Positions 24,171 to 36,770 of a stretch of 64,000 nucleotides of DNA are shown piece by piece. The position numbers and the translations under genes were made by a program. Origin of the DNA: Camelus dromedarius. Its lineage: Eukaryota. The notes under the pieces were generated by a model that ran no database searches, was not told the origin of the DNA, and worked only from the letters and a program-made list of their open reading frames with translations. The stretch spans positions 113,586,001-113,650,000 of the forward strand of contig NC_087436.1 in the NCBI RefSeq assembly GCF_036321535.1, given 5' to 3'. Each line of letters opens with the position of its first letter. Positions within the stretch are counted from its first letter, which is position 1.

Positions 24171-24624
24171 TGTATGGGTTGAACTGTGCCTTCTCAGAAG
24201 ACGTGTTCAAGTGCTAATCTGCAGCACCTCAGAATGTGACCTTATTTGGAAATAGGGTTGTTGCAGATGTGATTAGTTGAGATTAGGTCACACTGGAGTC
24301 GCATGGGCCCTTCATCCAACACGACTGATGTGCTTAAAAGACGAGAGATTGAAGTGTACCGGGAGGAATCCATGCCATGTCACACAGCAGAGATTGGAGG
24401 GTTCCAGTTGCAAAACACGGGAGGGCAAGGATTGGCAGCCACCACGAGAAGTGAGGGAGAGGTGAGAAAGGACTCTCTCTTCTACAGTTTTCAGAGAAAG
24501 CATGACACTGCTGACACTGTGATTTTGGACTTCTAGGTTCCAGAACTGTGAGACTATCAACTTCCCCTCTTTCAAGTCGCCCAGATTTTGCTGCTTTGTT
24601 ACAGCAGCCCCAAGAAACGGAGAT
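24171..24624 (+). mobile_element. MaLR solo LTR (MLT1C-like)
   Basis: tgtatgggttgaactgtg...acctcagaatgtgaccttatttggaaataggg...ggacttctaggttccagaactgtgaga...ttgttacagcagcccc. Confidence 0.9.
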
Positions 24625-24954
24625 GCTATAGTTCTAACCATCTCCCTGTCCTGTATCGGACTGTACCCCCCACACTGATTTTTTTCATTCATTTGCTCGC
24701 TGGGCATTCTTTAAGCATCAGCCATGTTCTAGATCCAACATTGAAAGCTGTGATGGCCTCATCACAGGGCACAGTTCCTCCCCTTAAGGACACCAGAAAC
24801 TGGGAGTTGGGTGGACATGGGCCTGCCGACAGGTAAATCCTGCTCTGCCTTCGCTTCTTAGCATGTACCCTCCTTTACTGAACTGTAAGTGTGCACGTGT
24901 GTGTGTCTCTGTTGGATCTTTAATCACATTGTTGTAAAATCCTCAAAACTATAT

Positions 24955-25080
24955 TTTTTCTCAACAGTCTTATCATGAACATGTTTGAATATACATACAT
25001 GTTGAAAAAATAGTGCATTGGTCACCTATAAACCCACCTCTTAGATTCAACCATTGTTCACATCTTGCCATATTTGGCCT
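24955..25080 (-). mobile_element. L1MC-like LINE-1 3' end
   Basis: ttagattcaaccattgttcacatcttgccatatttg. Confidence 0.6.
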
Positions 25081-25124
25081 TAATATATTTTTACTTCTTC
25101 ATAGCTAGAGGTTGAATATTGCCT

Positions 25125-25365
25125 ACCATGAGAGTAAGACCTCTGGCACTAACCTCTCTGAATTCAAATCCTGGCTTTATCATCTAGCTTTGTTTCCTTA
25201 GGCATGTTGCTACTCTCCTCTGGACCTCAGTTTCCTCATCTGTAAAATAGGGATGATAATAGCACACAGATCAGAGGGAAGTTGTGAGAAATAAATGTGT
25301 TCATATGTCAAAGTACTTAAAACTATGTCTTTCAATATGCAAACTTTCAGTAAGTATTAGATCTT
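25125..25365 (+). mobile_element. MIR SINE
   Basis: cctcagtttcctcatctgtaaaatagggatgataatagcac. Confidence 0.9.
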
Positions 25366-26335
25366 TTAATAATGGTTTCCTATAGATCTCAGAAAACAGT
25401 GGGTTTATTATTCTCTCCAGTAAGGCTGGGGTGGTTCTTATGCATGTGAATCATGGGCATCTTGCCCTCCTTTAAGTCATTCTCTAGATTATACTTCCTT
25501 TAGGGATGTGCATTTGCCTCTGTTGGGAAAATGCCTGTTCTCCCCATGGAATTTAGGCAATCTTTGCTTGTTTACCACTGTAACTTCCAGAGCTATAAGC
25601 ACTACCAGACACATAACTTGGTACATAGTGAGCATTCAGTAAATAGCCTGCTGGCTGAGTCATATCTAACATGCTGCTGTTCATTCATGCGAGCATTCAC
25701 TTACTCATCTGGCAAAAGGTCACTGAATACACTCTGGGTTCTTGGCACCTAACTGCATGCTGAGGCCTCACTGGTGAATGAGACAAAGTCCATTTCATCA
25801 AGAAACTTTAAACTTGGTCTTTTTGGTTTTGAATTCATCTTTGGTTTTGCATATGCCTCATCTTACCAGCTAGCCTGTAAAAACCTGGAGACCCGAGATT
25901 TGTGGTTTCTACTTTTCTTTTATAGAACATGGGCATCATGGTAATGCTACACACATTAAGCAGGCTTTAGAATCAGGCAAAAATGGAAAGAAATGGAAAC
26001 ACTCCCATTGTGTTGATAATGAATATTTCACTTTACTTATCTTTATCTCAGTATCTTTATTTGTCAAGTAGGAATACTATTTACCTGGCTGTTGCAAGAC
26101 TTGGGTGAAGTAATTCACAGCACATAGTGTATTATCTATAGTGTGAGGACTGTGAGACAGAATTCCATGCCTCTCCCCTAGCTTCTGAACATTAGCATTT
26201 AGTCTCTTCTACTAACCTGTAAGTTAGTTTTACCTATATTCTGCTATCCCTTTCTTTTCAGGGATGTGGTAAACTTGAGGAAAAATGTGCAAGAGGCTAA
26301 GTTATTTTCATAATTTTCTGGCATTCTGTGTCTGA

Positions 26336-26580
26336 TCCACAGATGAATGTATATATCAAAACAGAAACAGACTCACAGACATAGAAAACAAACTGCTGGT
26401 TACCAGTGGAAAGAGGGAAGGGGAGAGGGGCCAGATAGGGATAGGAGATTAAGAGGTACAAACTACCATGTACAAAATAGATAAGCAAAGATATATTGTA
26501 CAGCAGAGGGGATTATGGCCATTATTTTGTAATAACCTTTAATGGAGTATAATCTATAAAAATACTGAACCACTATGTTA
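26336..26580 (+). mobile_element. LINE-1 3' UTR fragment (artiodactyl-type)
   Basis: aaaacagaaacagactcacagacatagaaaacaaac...gattaagaggtacaaactac. Confidence 0.85.
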
Positions 26581-26586
26581 TATGAT

Positions 26587-26832
26587 TTATAAGAAAAGGA
26601 GATTCGTGCACACAGAAAGATATCAGACATGTGTATGCGAAGAGAGGTAAACATGTAAAGATACTGTGAGAAGGTGATCACCTGCAAGCCAAGAAGAGAA
26701 GCCTCAGAAGGAACTAAATCTGCTGATATCTTGATTTCAACCTTCTGGCCCCCTAGAAAAGCTATACATCTGTTGTTTAAGCCACTCAATCTGTATGTTT
26801 TGTTATGGCAGCCCTCCTTAGCAAACTAGTAA
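26587..26832 (+). mobile_element. MaLR LTR 3' half (MLT1A/B-like)
   Basis: ctgcaagccaagaagagaagcctcagaaggaac...tgttgtttaagccac...ttgttatggcagccc. Confidence 0.85.
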
Positions 26833-26834
26833 AG

Positions 26835-29600
26835 CAGCTGAGTGGGTAGCACCATTTATTAAAAGAAAACTGGGACAAAAGCAGGTCTGAGTTTGTGGCA
26901 GTTGTGGCTAGAAATCAAGAGTTCTGTTATGACTTTGTTCAGACTGAGATGCCCAGTAGACATTCAATTACAGACTCTTAGTAGGAATCTGAACATTTAA
27001 TTGTGGTGCTTGGGAGCACTCAGCATATAGGTGGTATCTGTAATCATGAGAGTAGAATGAGATGACCGAGGAAACCAGTGGAGATGGAGGAGACCTAAGG
27101 ACTGTGACCTGAGATACTTCAAGGTAGACTCTGCAAGAGAGACTGAGAAAGTGCTGCCATTGAGGTAGGAGGAAAAACTAGGAAAGAGTGTGCTCTGAAG
27201 ATGAAGTGAAGGAAGTATTTAAAGAGTCAGGAAGAAACCAACTGTGTCAAATGCTGTGAATATTTTGAGCAAGGTGAGTCAGAAAATTGGCTGTTGACGT
27301 TAGCAAGATGGAGGTTTTTAATGATTTTGAAAAGAGTAGTTTCATTAGCTTGGTGGGAAAATTTCTAATCAAAAATATGTTAAAGGGAAATAGCTAAATG
27401 GAAATGTAGGGCAAGAGGGAACTTTCTTAGGATTTTTTTTTAAATTATGGAATTCTTGAATGATGTCAAGAAAAGTCTAGTAGATGAGAGGATAAAGATT
27501 CAGGTGGGGGAAGACATAATTGTAGGAACAAAAATCATTAATAGTTGAGAGGAGAAAGAATCCAGTTCAGAGAATTGGCTTCAGGTAGGAGCAGGGATGC
27601 TCATCCACAATAATTAGAAACAAGTCTGAATATAGATAGAGACAGAGTCATAGAGCTGGGGTTAGAGAAATGAGAAAGTCCATGGATGCCTCTTTTTTCT
27701 GTTTAGTGAGACACATGACTATCAGCTGATAATAGAGGGAAGGGAGAATGAATATCTTTGAAAAGATCTGAGAAGATATAAAATGGTCATCTCGAAGAAT
27801 GAACAAGCAAATTGATTAAGGGCATACACTAGGCTTATTAAGCAGGGCTGAGTGGCTGTCAGATATTTATGATAAGTTTAAAGTGAGACTACTCAGCACA
27901 CTTGTGAGCTTTTCACCAGCCGTATTCAAGTGTAGCAGCAGAGTAGCAGGGAAACTGGGATTTAAAAGGGCCAGAGTTTTGTGATGTGGAGTATGACAGA
28001 AGAAGAGAGAGAAGGTGAACTAAATGAAGAAGCAATGGTGTCAGTCTAATCATGGACCATGCATCTAAGGTGGGTAAGGAAGTCTGTGGAAACTTTAAGG
28101 GCAGCACAGGACAACAGCAACACTGTTGTGTTGTCAATGGCTTAAATTTCCCAGTGGGGCCAATGTGAAGGGGAAGCAGAGCACTACAGTGTGAGCTAGA
28201 GATGGCAAGGTGGTAACCAGAGAGTTGGATGCTTGAAATCAATCCTTTGAAGGTGGAGCAATGGATAACAAGATCCAGGAAATGACCAGGAGTAACATAC
28301 CCTAGGAATAAGCACCATAGACAGAGCAGAGGGTAAGATTCTTTGGTTGAGGGTGACATGAAACTGGGAAGTCAAAATGTCCACACACTGCCAAGAAAAA
28401 CTGTCTGAAGCTGGGTTCCCGATTTCACTCCCAAGGTGTGCTTCTCTTGTCATTTTCTCCATCTCAGTTAATGGCAACTTCATACTTCTACCTACCCCAT
28501 GCCCCAAACCTTGGAGCATAAATGATTTTTTTTTTACCTCACACCCAGTATCCAATTACTCAGCAAATCCTGGTGGCTATACCTTTAGAATATACACAGA
28601 CTCTAACCACTGCCACCTGAATTAACTGTCTCCCAAATTATTGCATTAATTTGCCAACTGATCTGTCATCTTCTATTCTTTGGAGTAAACCTTTGCAAAT
28701 AGAAGACTGATCATGTTGGTCCTCTGCTCAAAACCCAACAATGGCTTCACATCCCATCTAAACTAACTTCCAAATCCTTACCATCGCCTGTCAATTGCAT
28801 TCTACCTCCATCTCTCTGACCTCATCTTCTATATCCCTTTTTCTCACTCTGCTCCAGCCACACCAGCCTTCTCCTGAACATGCTAGAAATATTCTAGACT
28901 CGAGAATTTTGTATTTATGGTTGAATCTGCCTAGAACTCCCTTTCCTTACACAAATGCATGACCTTCTCTGTCACCTGTCATCTCTCTCAACTGTCACCT
29001 TCTCAGCACCTTCCTTTAATATCCTATTAAAAATTAAAACAATTTTACCTCCCATCCCCCAGTGAATGCCTAGCTCCCTTTTCAGCTTTACTTTTCTCAG
29101 AAAAGAATAGCACATATATACATGTGTATGCATGTGTGTGTGTATGTATGTATGTATCTCCTCAATAGAATGCATGCTAGGATTTTGACCTTCTTTTGGT
29201 CCATTGCTGTATCCCCAGTAGCCAGAACTGTGCCTGACATAAGATAAAGCCTCCGTAAATATCTATTGAATGAAAAATGTATGGTGAGAGGAATTATGGT
29301 AGAGAAGTCAGGGATGCAGGCATTAACGCCTTCAATGGACTAGGAGCAGTGCTCAGGAGGGTGTTAGATGGGAGTGACATGGATGTGTTGTAGAAAGTGG
29401 GGCTGTTGGATGGAGTGCACTTTGGGAGGAGCTGGCATTCCTCAGGGATAAGTAAGGAGAAATGGTTTGAAAAGAGCAGTGGGAGCAAACAGAATGTTCT
29501 ACATCCCCTTTTGGCCCTATAGTATGCACTAAAGGAAGAAGGTGCCTGGATCACAGAGAGAGGAGGTTGAGGATGTGGGGAAGGATTTGTCTGATGGATG
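26835..29600 (-). mobile_element. Long degenerate L2 LINE, split by an opposite-strand L2
   Basis: Purine-rich antisense L2 motifs (tcaagagttctg, gagatgcccagtagacattc, aactgtgtcaaatgctg, ggtaaccagagagttggatgcttgaaatc); resumes after ~29280. Confidence 0.7.
28400..29275 (+). mobile_element. L2a-like LINE 3' ~0.9 kb
   Basis: tctccatctcagttaatggcaac...cagcaaatcctg...ctctgctcaaaaccc...gtatccccagtagccagaactgtgcctgacataag...aaatatctattgaatgaa. Confidence 0.85.
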
Positions 29601-29639
29601 ACAGGTCCACTTGCAAGGTTTCTTGTCTAGTAAAATATA

Positions 29640-30183
29640 CTCTAATTACATGACCCAATAATCCCATTCCTAGGTATTTACCCAAGAGAAGGATACGTTC
29701 ATACCAATATTTGTCTGTTCATAGTAGCTTTATTCATAAAACTAAAAACTGGACACAACCCAAATGTCCACCAACTGGTGAGTGGAGAAACAAATTGTAG
29801 TATATTTATTCAATGGGATAATACTCAGCAATGAAAAGGAAGATATTATTGGTACATGGAACGACATGGAATAAATCCCAAAATGTTATGCTAAGCAAAA
29901 GAAGCTAGGCAGAAAAAGACTACACATTGTGTGATTCTATTTATATTAAATTACAAAAAAAGGCAAAGCCTTAGTGACAGAAAGCAGGTCACTGGTTGCT
30001 AGGAGCCGTGGGTAGAGTAGGAGATTGACTGAAAAGAGTTACGCAGTTGCTTTCTGGAGCAAAGGAAATGTTCTAAATCATGAGGGTAATGGCTGTTGTG
30101 TGGCTATACTTATTTGTCAAAACTCATCTAATTTTAAATTTATTGGTGTATTTTATTATACAAATAAATTAGACCTAAAATAA
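29640..30183 (+). mobile_element. Ancient LINE-1 3' end (L1MD/L1ME-like)
   Basis: gacccaataatcccattcctaggtatttacccaagagaa...cccaaatgtccaccaactggtg...ttgtcaaaactcatc. Confidence 0.85.
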
Positions 30184-30339
30184 TTAACATATTTATGTTC
30201 TGGCTTATTGCGTATCTTCTCCATTAGAATTCATAATGTACACTTCTTGAGGGTAATGTTTAGAACCAGTATTCTTGGCACATAATAGATTATAAATATT
30301 TATTGAAAGAATGTATGTTCCCTGCTTCTGACAACAGCT

Positions 30340-30580
30340 TTGAACTCAAATATTTCTTCGATTGAATCTAATGTTCATCATTTACTACTTGTGCCTTAGA
30401 CAATATACACTTAATGTCTCTAAGCCTTGGTGTTCTCATCTATAGTGATGGGGTTAAAAATATAATTTCTTTCATATGGTTATTATTAAAATGAAATAAT
30501 ACACTGGGGTAATATATTTATAGAACTGTCTGGCATGTGGTAAGGGCACAGTAAGTCAAACAAATTTGTTATTATTTTAC
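30340..30580 (+). mobile_element. MIR SINE
   Basis: tctctaagccttggtgttctcatctatagtgatgggg...ctggcatgtggtaagggcacagtaa. Confidence 0.7.
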
Positions 30581-30672
30581 ATGATTTTGTTTTGTCTCAA
30601 TAGCCTCTGACTGTTTTATTATTATTATTGTTTTGTTATTATTATTATACTTTTCTTAAGATCAGAGACTGC

Positions 30673-31058
30673 ATTTTTTGACATTTTTTATTGATTTATA
30701 ATCATTTTACAATGTTGTGTCAAATTCCAGTGTAGAGCACAATTTTTCAGCTATACATGAACATATGTATATTCAGTGCCACATTTTTTTCTCTGTGAGC
30801 TACCATAAGATCTTGTATATATTTCCCTGTGCTATACAGTATAATCTTGTTTATATATTCTACATTTTGAAATATTAGCAAATAGAATCACAGCACATAA
30901 AAAAGATTATACATCATGACCAAGTGGGGTTCATCCCAGGGACACAAGGGTGGTTCAACATATGCAAATCAATCAGTGTGATAGATCACATCAACAAGAG
31001 AAAGGACAGAAACCACATGATCATCTCAATAGATGCAGAAAAAACATTTGATAAAATT
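30673..31058 (-). mobile_element. Young LINE-1 with 5' inversion: antisense 3' UTR (30673-30873) fused to sense ORF2 RT fragment (30870-31058)
   Basis: 3' UTR closely matches the 15.5-kb L1; + strand peptide [49 protein letters not shown]. Confidence 0.9.
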
Positions 31059-31746
31059 TGCTGTTTTTTGCATTCTTCTTATTGCCTGAAAGTCCTAATA
31101 CACAGCAAATAAATGTTTGTTGACTATTACCTGATTCTTTAATTGTTCAAGAACCATCTTTCCTCACACCTGGCAATAGATATACATGATGTCCTCGTTT
31201 CCTAGTAATGTTACCCACGTCCCTCGTACACATGCACATCCATCAGCACACACACCAGTGATGTTTGTATTGATTGTTGAGGTTTAAACAACCCTTTCAC
31301 AGTTAAAAAAAAAAAAAAAAAAAAGGCCCTGAGTTCCAAGAAGAGATCAGATTACCTTGTTATGTGCTCTCCTAGTACCCAACACTCTTCCTTCATAAAG
31401 CACTCATCAAAATTTACAGTGATGTATTTGTACAATTATCTGGATAATGTAAGCTCTATGAAGACTGGGTCCATGGTGAGGTCCATTGTATCTCTTACAG
31501 TCCATTAACAATTCTTGACAGGAAAAAGGAAGTGGGGAAGGAGGCAATAGGCTGTAAGATAGGGAAAGATTTCTCTTTTTTGGAGGGGGTAGTTTATTTT
31601 ATTTTATTTTTAAATTATAATTTATTTTATGTTTAGGTACCAGGTCTGAGCTGAATTCCAGGTAACTCAACAGTAACCAACAGGTGGGAGGAGAATATAG
31701 GTCAGCTTGTCCAATAAAGGAAAGATAAATCAAAGAGCCGTTCCCC

Positions 31747-31790
31747 ACAAGTCATGTAAACAAGTCATGTAAACAAGTCATGTAAGCAAG
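31747..31790. repeat. 13-bp tandem repeat (ACAAGTCATGTAA)3
   Basis: Read directly. Confidence 0.95.
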
Positions 31791-32191
31791 CTGTCTCAGG
31801 CAATGGCTGTATTTGGGAGTGGGTGCCTGGCAAGGACCTGTGATTTGCGCTTTTCCTCTCAAATTCTCCTGCTCAGGAATATGCAGTTGCTTCTCTCTGT
31901 GCACAGCTCACATCTGAAATTCCTTAGACTAATGTTTAAAGTCTTTTCTGATGTAACCCAAATGTATTTTTCCTGCTTTCATTCATAATATTTTCTTTCC
32001 TTTCCAAAGAGAACCTTGTTCCATTCGTTTGCTAGACAGGCTCAAGGCGGGATCTCTTTTTCATATGCTCAGTTCCTGAGCTTCAACAACTGTTTTTGAA
32101 ACACATGTTCTGATTTTCATGTTATAAGGTTCCTTCTCATTGTTTATGGAGCTCATCTTTAAAAATAGTGTAGAATCTACTAAGATGTCTG

Positions 32192-32193
<2 letters not shown>

Positions 32194-32228
<35 letters not shown>
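32194..32228. repeat. (CA)17 microsatellite
   Basis: Read directly. Confidence 0.97.
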
Positions 32229-32232
<4 letters not shown>

Positions 32233-32491
32233 GTAGGAATTGAAAAAAGTTGCTTGAAATAAGTGTACACTCTTGATAAATGTACATATGTTATCTTTTA
32301 TGACCCACATGGAGTCATACAAATCTTAATGCATTTCTTTCATTTTATTTTTAGTCATGATATTTATGAACATGTGCTAGACAATGTAGATGGTCCTGAA
32401 GAGACAATAATGAAAAAAATTTGGTGATTTCCTTTAAAGAACTATTAGTCCAGTTGTGGAGATGACCCAAGAAACAGTAGATTAAAATATG

Positions 32492-33288
32492 TCATGAGAT
32501 ATCACACCACCCATGTCAGAATGGCTGTTATCAAAGAGATAAGAAATAACAAGTGTTGGCAAGGATGTGGAGAAAAGGAAACCCTTGTGCATTATTGATG
32601 GGAATGTAAATTGGTGCAGCTACTATGGAAAACAGTATGAAAAAAAAAAAAAAAACCACCAGAATGGAGATTTCTCAAAAAATTAAAAATAGAATTACTA
32701 TATGATGGCAATTCCACTTCTGGGTTTTTATCCAAAGAAAACAAAAACACTAATTTGAAAAGATATATGCATCCCAGTGTTCATTGCAGCATTATTTGCA
32801 GTAGTCAAGACATGGAGGAACCCTAAGTGCCCACTGGTAGATGATAGATAAGGAAGATATATAATACATCTTCGTATACATATGTTATAATTTAACTTAT
32901 TGTGGAATCTAAAAAACAAAGCAAATGAACAAATGTAACAAAACAGAAAGAGACTCATAGATACAAAGAACAAACTAGTGGTTGTCAGAAGGATGGGGAG
33001 TGAGGGGGTGGGCAAAATTGGTGAAGAGGATTAAAAGGTACAAACTTCCAGTTGTAAAATAATTAAGTCATGGGGATATAATGTACAGCCTAAGAAATAC
33101 GGTCAATCGTATTGCAATATCTTTGTATGGTAACTAGACTTACACTGGTGATCATTTGTAATGAATAAAAATATAGAATCATTCTATTGTAAACCTGAAA
33201 ACTAATATATTGTAAGTCAGTTATACTTCAATTAAAACAAAACAAAACAAAACAAAACAAAACAAAACAAAACAAAACAAAACAAAAA
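32492..33288 (+). mobile_element. LINE-1 3' end (L1MA9-like lineage) with (AAAAC)n tail
   Basis: gtcagaatggctgttatcaa...tgttggcaaggatgtggagaaaagg...ttatacttcaatt followed by AAAAC repeats ~33234-33288. Confidence 0.9.
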
Positions 33289-33469
33289 GCATGGCCTGAC
33301 CTGTCCTACAGTAAGGGAAGCTCAGTGTCCCGAGACAAGGCTTCAGAGGACAAACGCTTCCCAGAGAGGTGAAGGCACTGCTTACTTTTCTTGATCCTAT
33401 TGGCCTTTCCTCAAGGTAAGATCTTTGTTCCAGTGGAAAGTACCGGCTAAGTTTTCCTGCAGAGAGCAG

Positions 33470-33970
33470 AGAATAAGGACTAGCAAAGCATCAGCTAAGC
33501 CCTGCGCAGGGGCTTCCTTCATCACCGCAACAGCTCTTAGACAGAGAGTGTCATTATGCTCATGAGAAAATGGAGACTTGGGGAGATTAGATCACTTGCC
33601 AGGGTCACACACCTGGTGAATGTGGCCCCCATTCTGTCTGGCTCTCAATCCAGCATTTTTTCCTACTAAGGGCAAAATGAGACAAACCAACCCCAAATGA
33701 CTATGTATGACAATAAAAACACTATAAAATTGGCTTCCAATAATCACTTTTTAAAAAAACACTCAGTAATGTAGTGGAGGTGATGAGAGTAATAGCCCTA
33801 CCTCCCAAACAGGACACCTGCTTTCAATATTGATGAGGAGCTTCCTATTAACACCATTTCCACAGCCCATTTTACAGATGAGGATATGTTCAGAAATGCT
33901 AGGAAGCTTATCCAAGGTAACAAAATCACACAGGAGCAGAGCTAGGTGCAAACGGAAGCTTTTGATCCTT
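33470..33970 (-). mobile_element. MIR cluster (mostly antisense)
   Basis: cacttgccagggtcacac; cccattttacagatgagga. Confidence 0.7.
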
Positions 33971-34704
33971 CCTTTAATGCCCATACCTGGCAGTCCTCTC
34001 AAGTCTAGCAAAATTTAACAAATTGAAATTCTAATTACTTTTTATTACTGTGTTCCCCATTTGTACAATAGAGCTTTGTTTTAATTGTGGAGTGAATGTA
34101 GACAGATTAACACACCTAAACATCGATCTTTTCCTCAGTTGACTTGCTGGGCCTGTCATCCAGAAGGATAATGGTTCAACACACACGTGATATTTAGAAG
34201 CCTTGATGAGTAGGTGTGGATAATATGTAAGAGCTATTTTTTTCCATATGAACCTGAATTGCTATACAGTAACTTATTAATAACCTTAAGAAGGAAAATG
34301 TCAGGTCTATCACATAAATATTAGCCAGCAGACCTCAATTTGTTTTGGATGAGGATCAGCAGTCACGCAGAAGGCAGAAGAAAGACACCTCTGACATCAA
34401 AACTCCCCTCTAAATATCACGATCTACTTAGACAAGACATTTGGAAACACAAGCAGTCTAATTAACAATCCCTTGTGTAAGTAACGTTTGCTTATTTTAA
34501 TTACTGGGAACTTCAGTGAGGTCTCTTCCTTAGTGAAGAGAACAAACCTGTTTCTCAGGTGACGGTTTGTGGTTGATGTTCTTAGAAATCCCAGTACCTG
34601 GTGATGACTCAGTGCCCAGGCATAAACAGTAAGAGAGGCGAACAGAGCCTGGCATGATACCCACCAACAGAGGAGGGGTGTTGTCTCGGCAAGCTCTGGT
34701 GTGA

Positions 34705-35160
34705 AAAATGATGTCCTGAGATCCAGACTCCATCCTCCTCTGCTTAAAACCTTCCACTCTTGTTTTTGCTTTCAGAGAAGAGTTCTGACTTAACTAGTCA
34801 TGAGGTTATTCATGATAGGAACTTTTCTTACTTCTTTGGACACATCTGTTGCTGCTCCTCCCTTCTGCCTCCTTCTGCTTTAGCTGTGAAATCCCCTGGG
34901 TTCTCAGGATAGTTCGTGCTCTCACTTGCCTTCAGGGTTTTGCTGATTCGGCCTGAAATTCTCTTCTCCCTTCCTTGCCTAGAAACTCTACTCACTTTTT
35001 AGGGCTGGCTCCAGTGTCACCTGCCTGGGAAACATTCTCAAACCTCTTACTCTCATTTCTGCCACGCTTGGCTGTCGCCCCTGGGCTGGGTCAGTGGCCT
35101 CTTCTCCAAGCAGTCAAAGCACTCAGTGTTTATCACTCTCACCTGTACCTTGAAGTAACT
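34705..35160 (+). mobile_element. L2 LINE fragment
   Basis: ctcctctgcttaaaaccttcca...aactctactcactttttagggct. Confidence 0.65.
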
Positions 35161-36009
35161 CCTCCTGGGGAAAATAGGCCTCCTCCATAGTTTGGAAAGA
35201 TTTTTTTGCCACCCTTCTGTGTCTCAAGACAACAGGAAAACAATCTAGCAAAGAAGTGCCTTGGATCAAAGAGCACAAAACAAACAAACAAACAAACAAA
35301 AAACCCCAAAACATTAAAATAGTTTCAAATCTTCTGCTGGCCTATTGGTAGTTAAGAGGTGGTCAGTGGAGCAGATGATTCTGAATGGAGTCTTGATTCC
35401 CGTAAATCACTAAGGACCCAGGACATCGTCTGAAGGCAAGTGGCCATTGTTCTCCACAATATTGGAAGATGTTATAACCAATGAATAATGACATCTATGT
35501 CAATATCATTGCTTTTAGGAAAATATTCCCCTTACTTAAGGTGGATTTAGATGACATTGTGTTTGAGAATTGTTGCTTAACCCCGGAAAATGTGTGTGTT
35601 TCCTTATTTTCTTAGTCTAATATCGTTCATTTGATGACAAAGAAGAATAAGGGGGCACTTCTGCATCTCACTCAGGAGAAGAAAATTTGAAGGGGCTGAG
35701 CTGTTATGATAAATGTTGAGAGACAGAGCTCATCTTGAAATTTCTTGCTGCAACTTTGACATGAAAGATTCAGACTTTAGAAAATGTGCTGCTGTATGGT
35801 AACTGCATGCCCTTGAGTGCCTGGGGGTAGAGTAAAGGGGTCGGACACTGGCAGGGCATAGAGTCTGTGTCCAGACCAACCCTTGTGTGTGTGGGTTAGG
35901 AATCAACACTGGAGGCTTTAAGAGGTGGTATTCTGAGCTATAGATTGGTGAACAGTCTGAAAAGGGTGAACAGTTCAACTTTCCTTACAGTTTTCCTTTG
36001 TATTAGGGG

Positions 36010-36770
36010 GATATCCATTCATGCATTGAGCCACTGTCGTTTGTACTAGGTACCAGGTGCTAGAGGTACAAAGTATGTAGACAGCAAGATGCTTTTCCTA
36101 GTGGGGCTTAGAAACCTGGTGGGGCAAGACAGACAATAAATACAAAAGCAAGTACATGTACAGGATGTGTTAAGCTCATGATAACAGCTCTGGGAGAAAT
36201 AAAAGTGGATATTTCGTTAGAGAGCATCTCAAGGGATGAGAGAATAAATCTGATAGTGGAGAGGGGCCACTTGAACTGAGATGTGACATAAATGCATCAG
36301 CCACGTGAAGTGGAGGCAGCAGGTTTCAGACACAATAAAATAGTCAATGCACAGACTCAGAGGTGGAAACAAACTGAGCATCTTCTAGGCACAGAGAGGG
36401 CTTGTGATCTGGATCTAGATAGTGAGGGGGAGAGAAGTCAGAGACAGGCTGAAGGAGGTCAGCAAGGAGCTGGGTCTTGAAGACCGTGGTGAGGATTTTG
36501 AATTTTAACTGCTATGGAACTATTAAAGATTGTGCAATACAGATGTGATCTGATTTATATTTTTTGAACTTGTTCTGTTTGTTGAGGGAGAATAGATTTT
36601 GGGGCTAGGAGGATAAAAAGTAGAATCTAGAAATCAGTTATGAGCCTGTTGCATTAGTCAAATTACAAGTAATTGTGAGTTGCTGGTATTAGGGTGATCT
36701 CGTTAGCAGTGAGGAGAAGTGGTTGATTTCAGGAAGTTCTGGAGGTGGACATGGCAGGATTTGCTGCTTT
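36010..36770 (-). mobile_element. L2 LINE 3' end
   Basis: ccattcatgcattgagc...ggggcaagacagacaataa...gcagtgaggagaagtggttgatttcagg. Confidence 0.8.

Noticed and set aside
30924..31112. Reverse-transcriptase-like peptide, considered as a possible novel RT system
   Set aside because: Ordinary L1 ORF2 fragment of ~60 codons lacking the catalytic motif and any promoter
31575..31645. Possible tail of a camelid tRNA-derived SINE (T-run, GGAGGGGGT, TTTTA repeats)
   Set aside because: No tRNA-like head with A/B boxes follows; low complexity is a sufficient explanation
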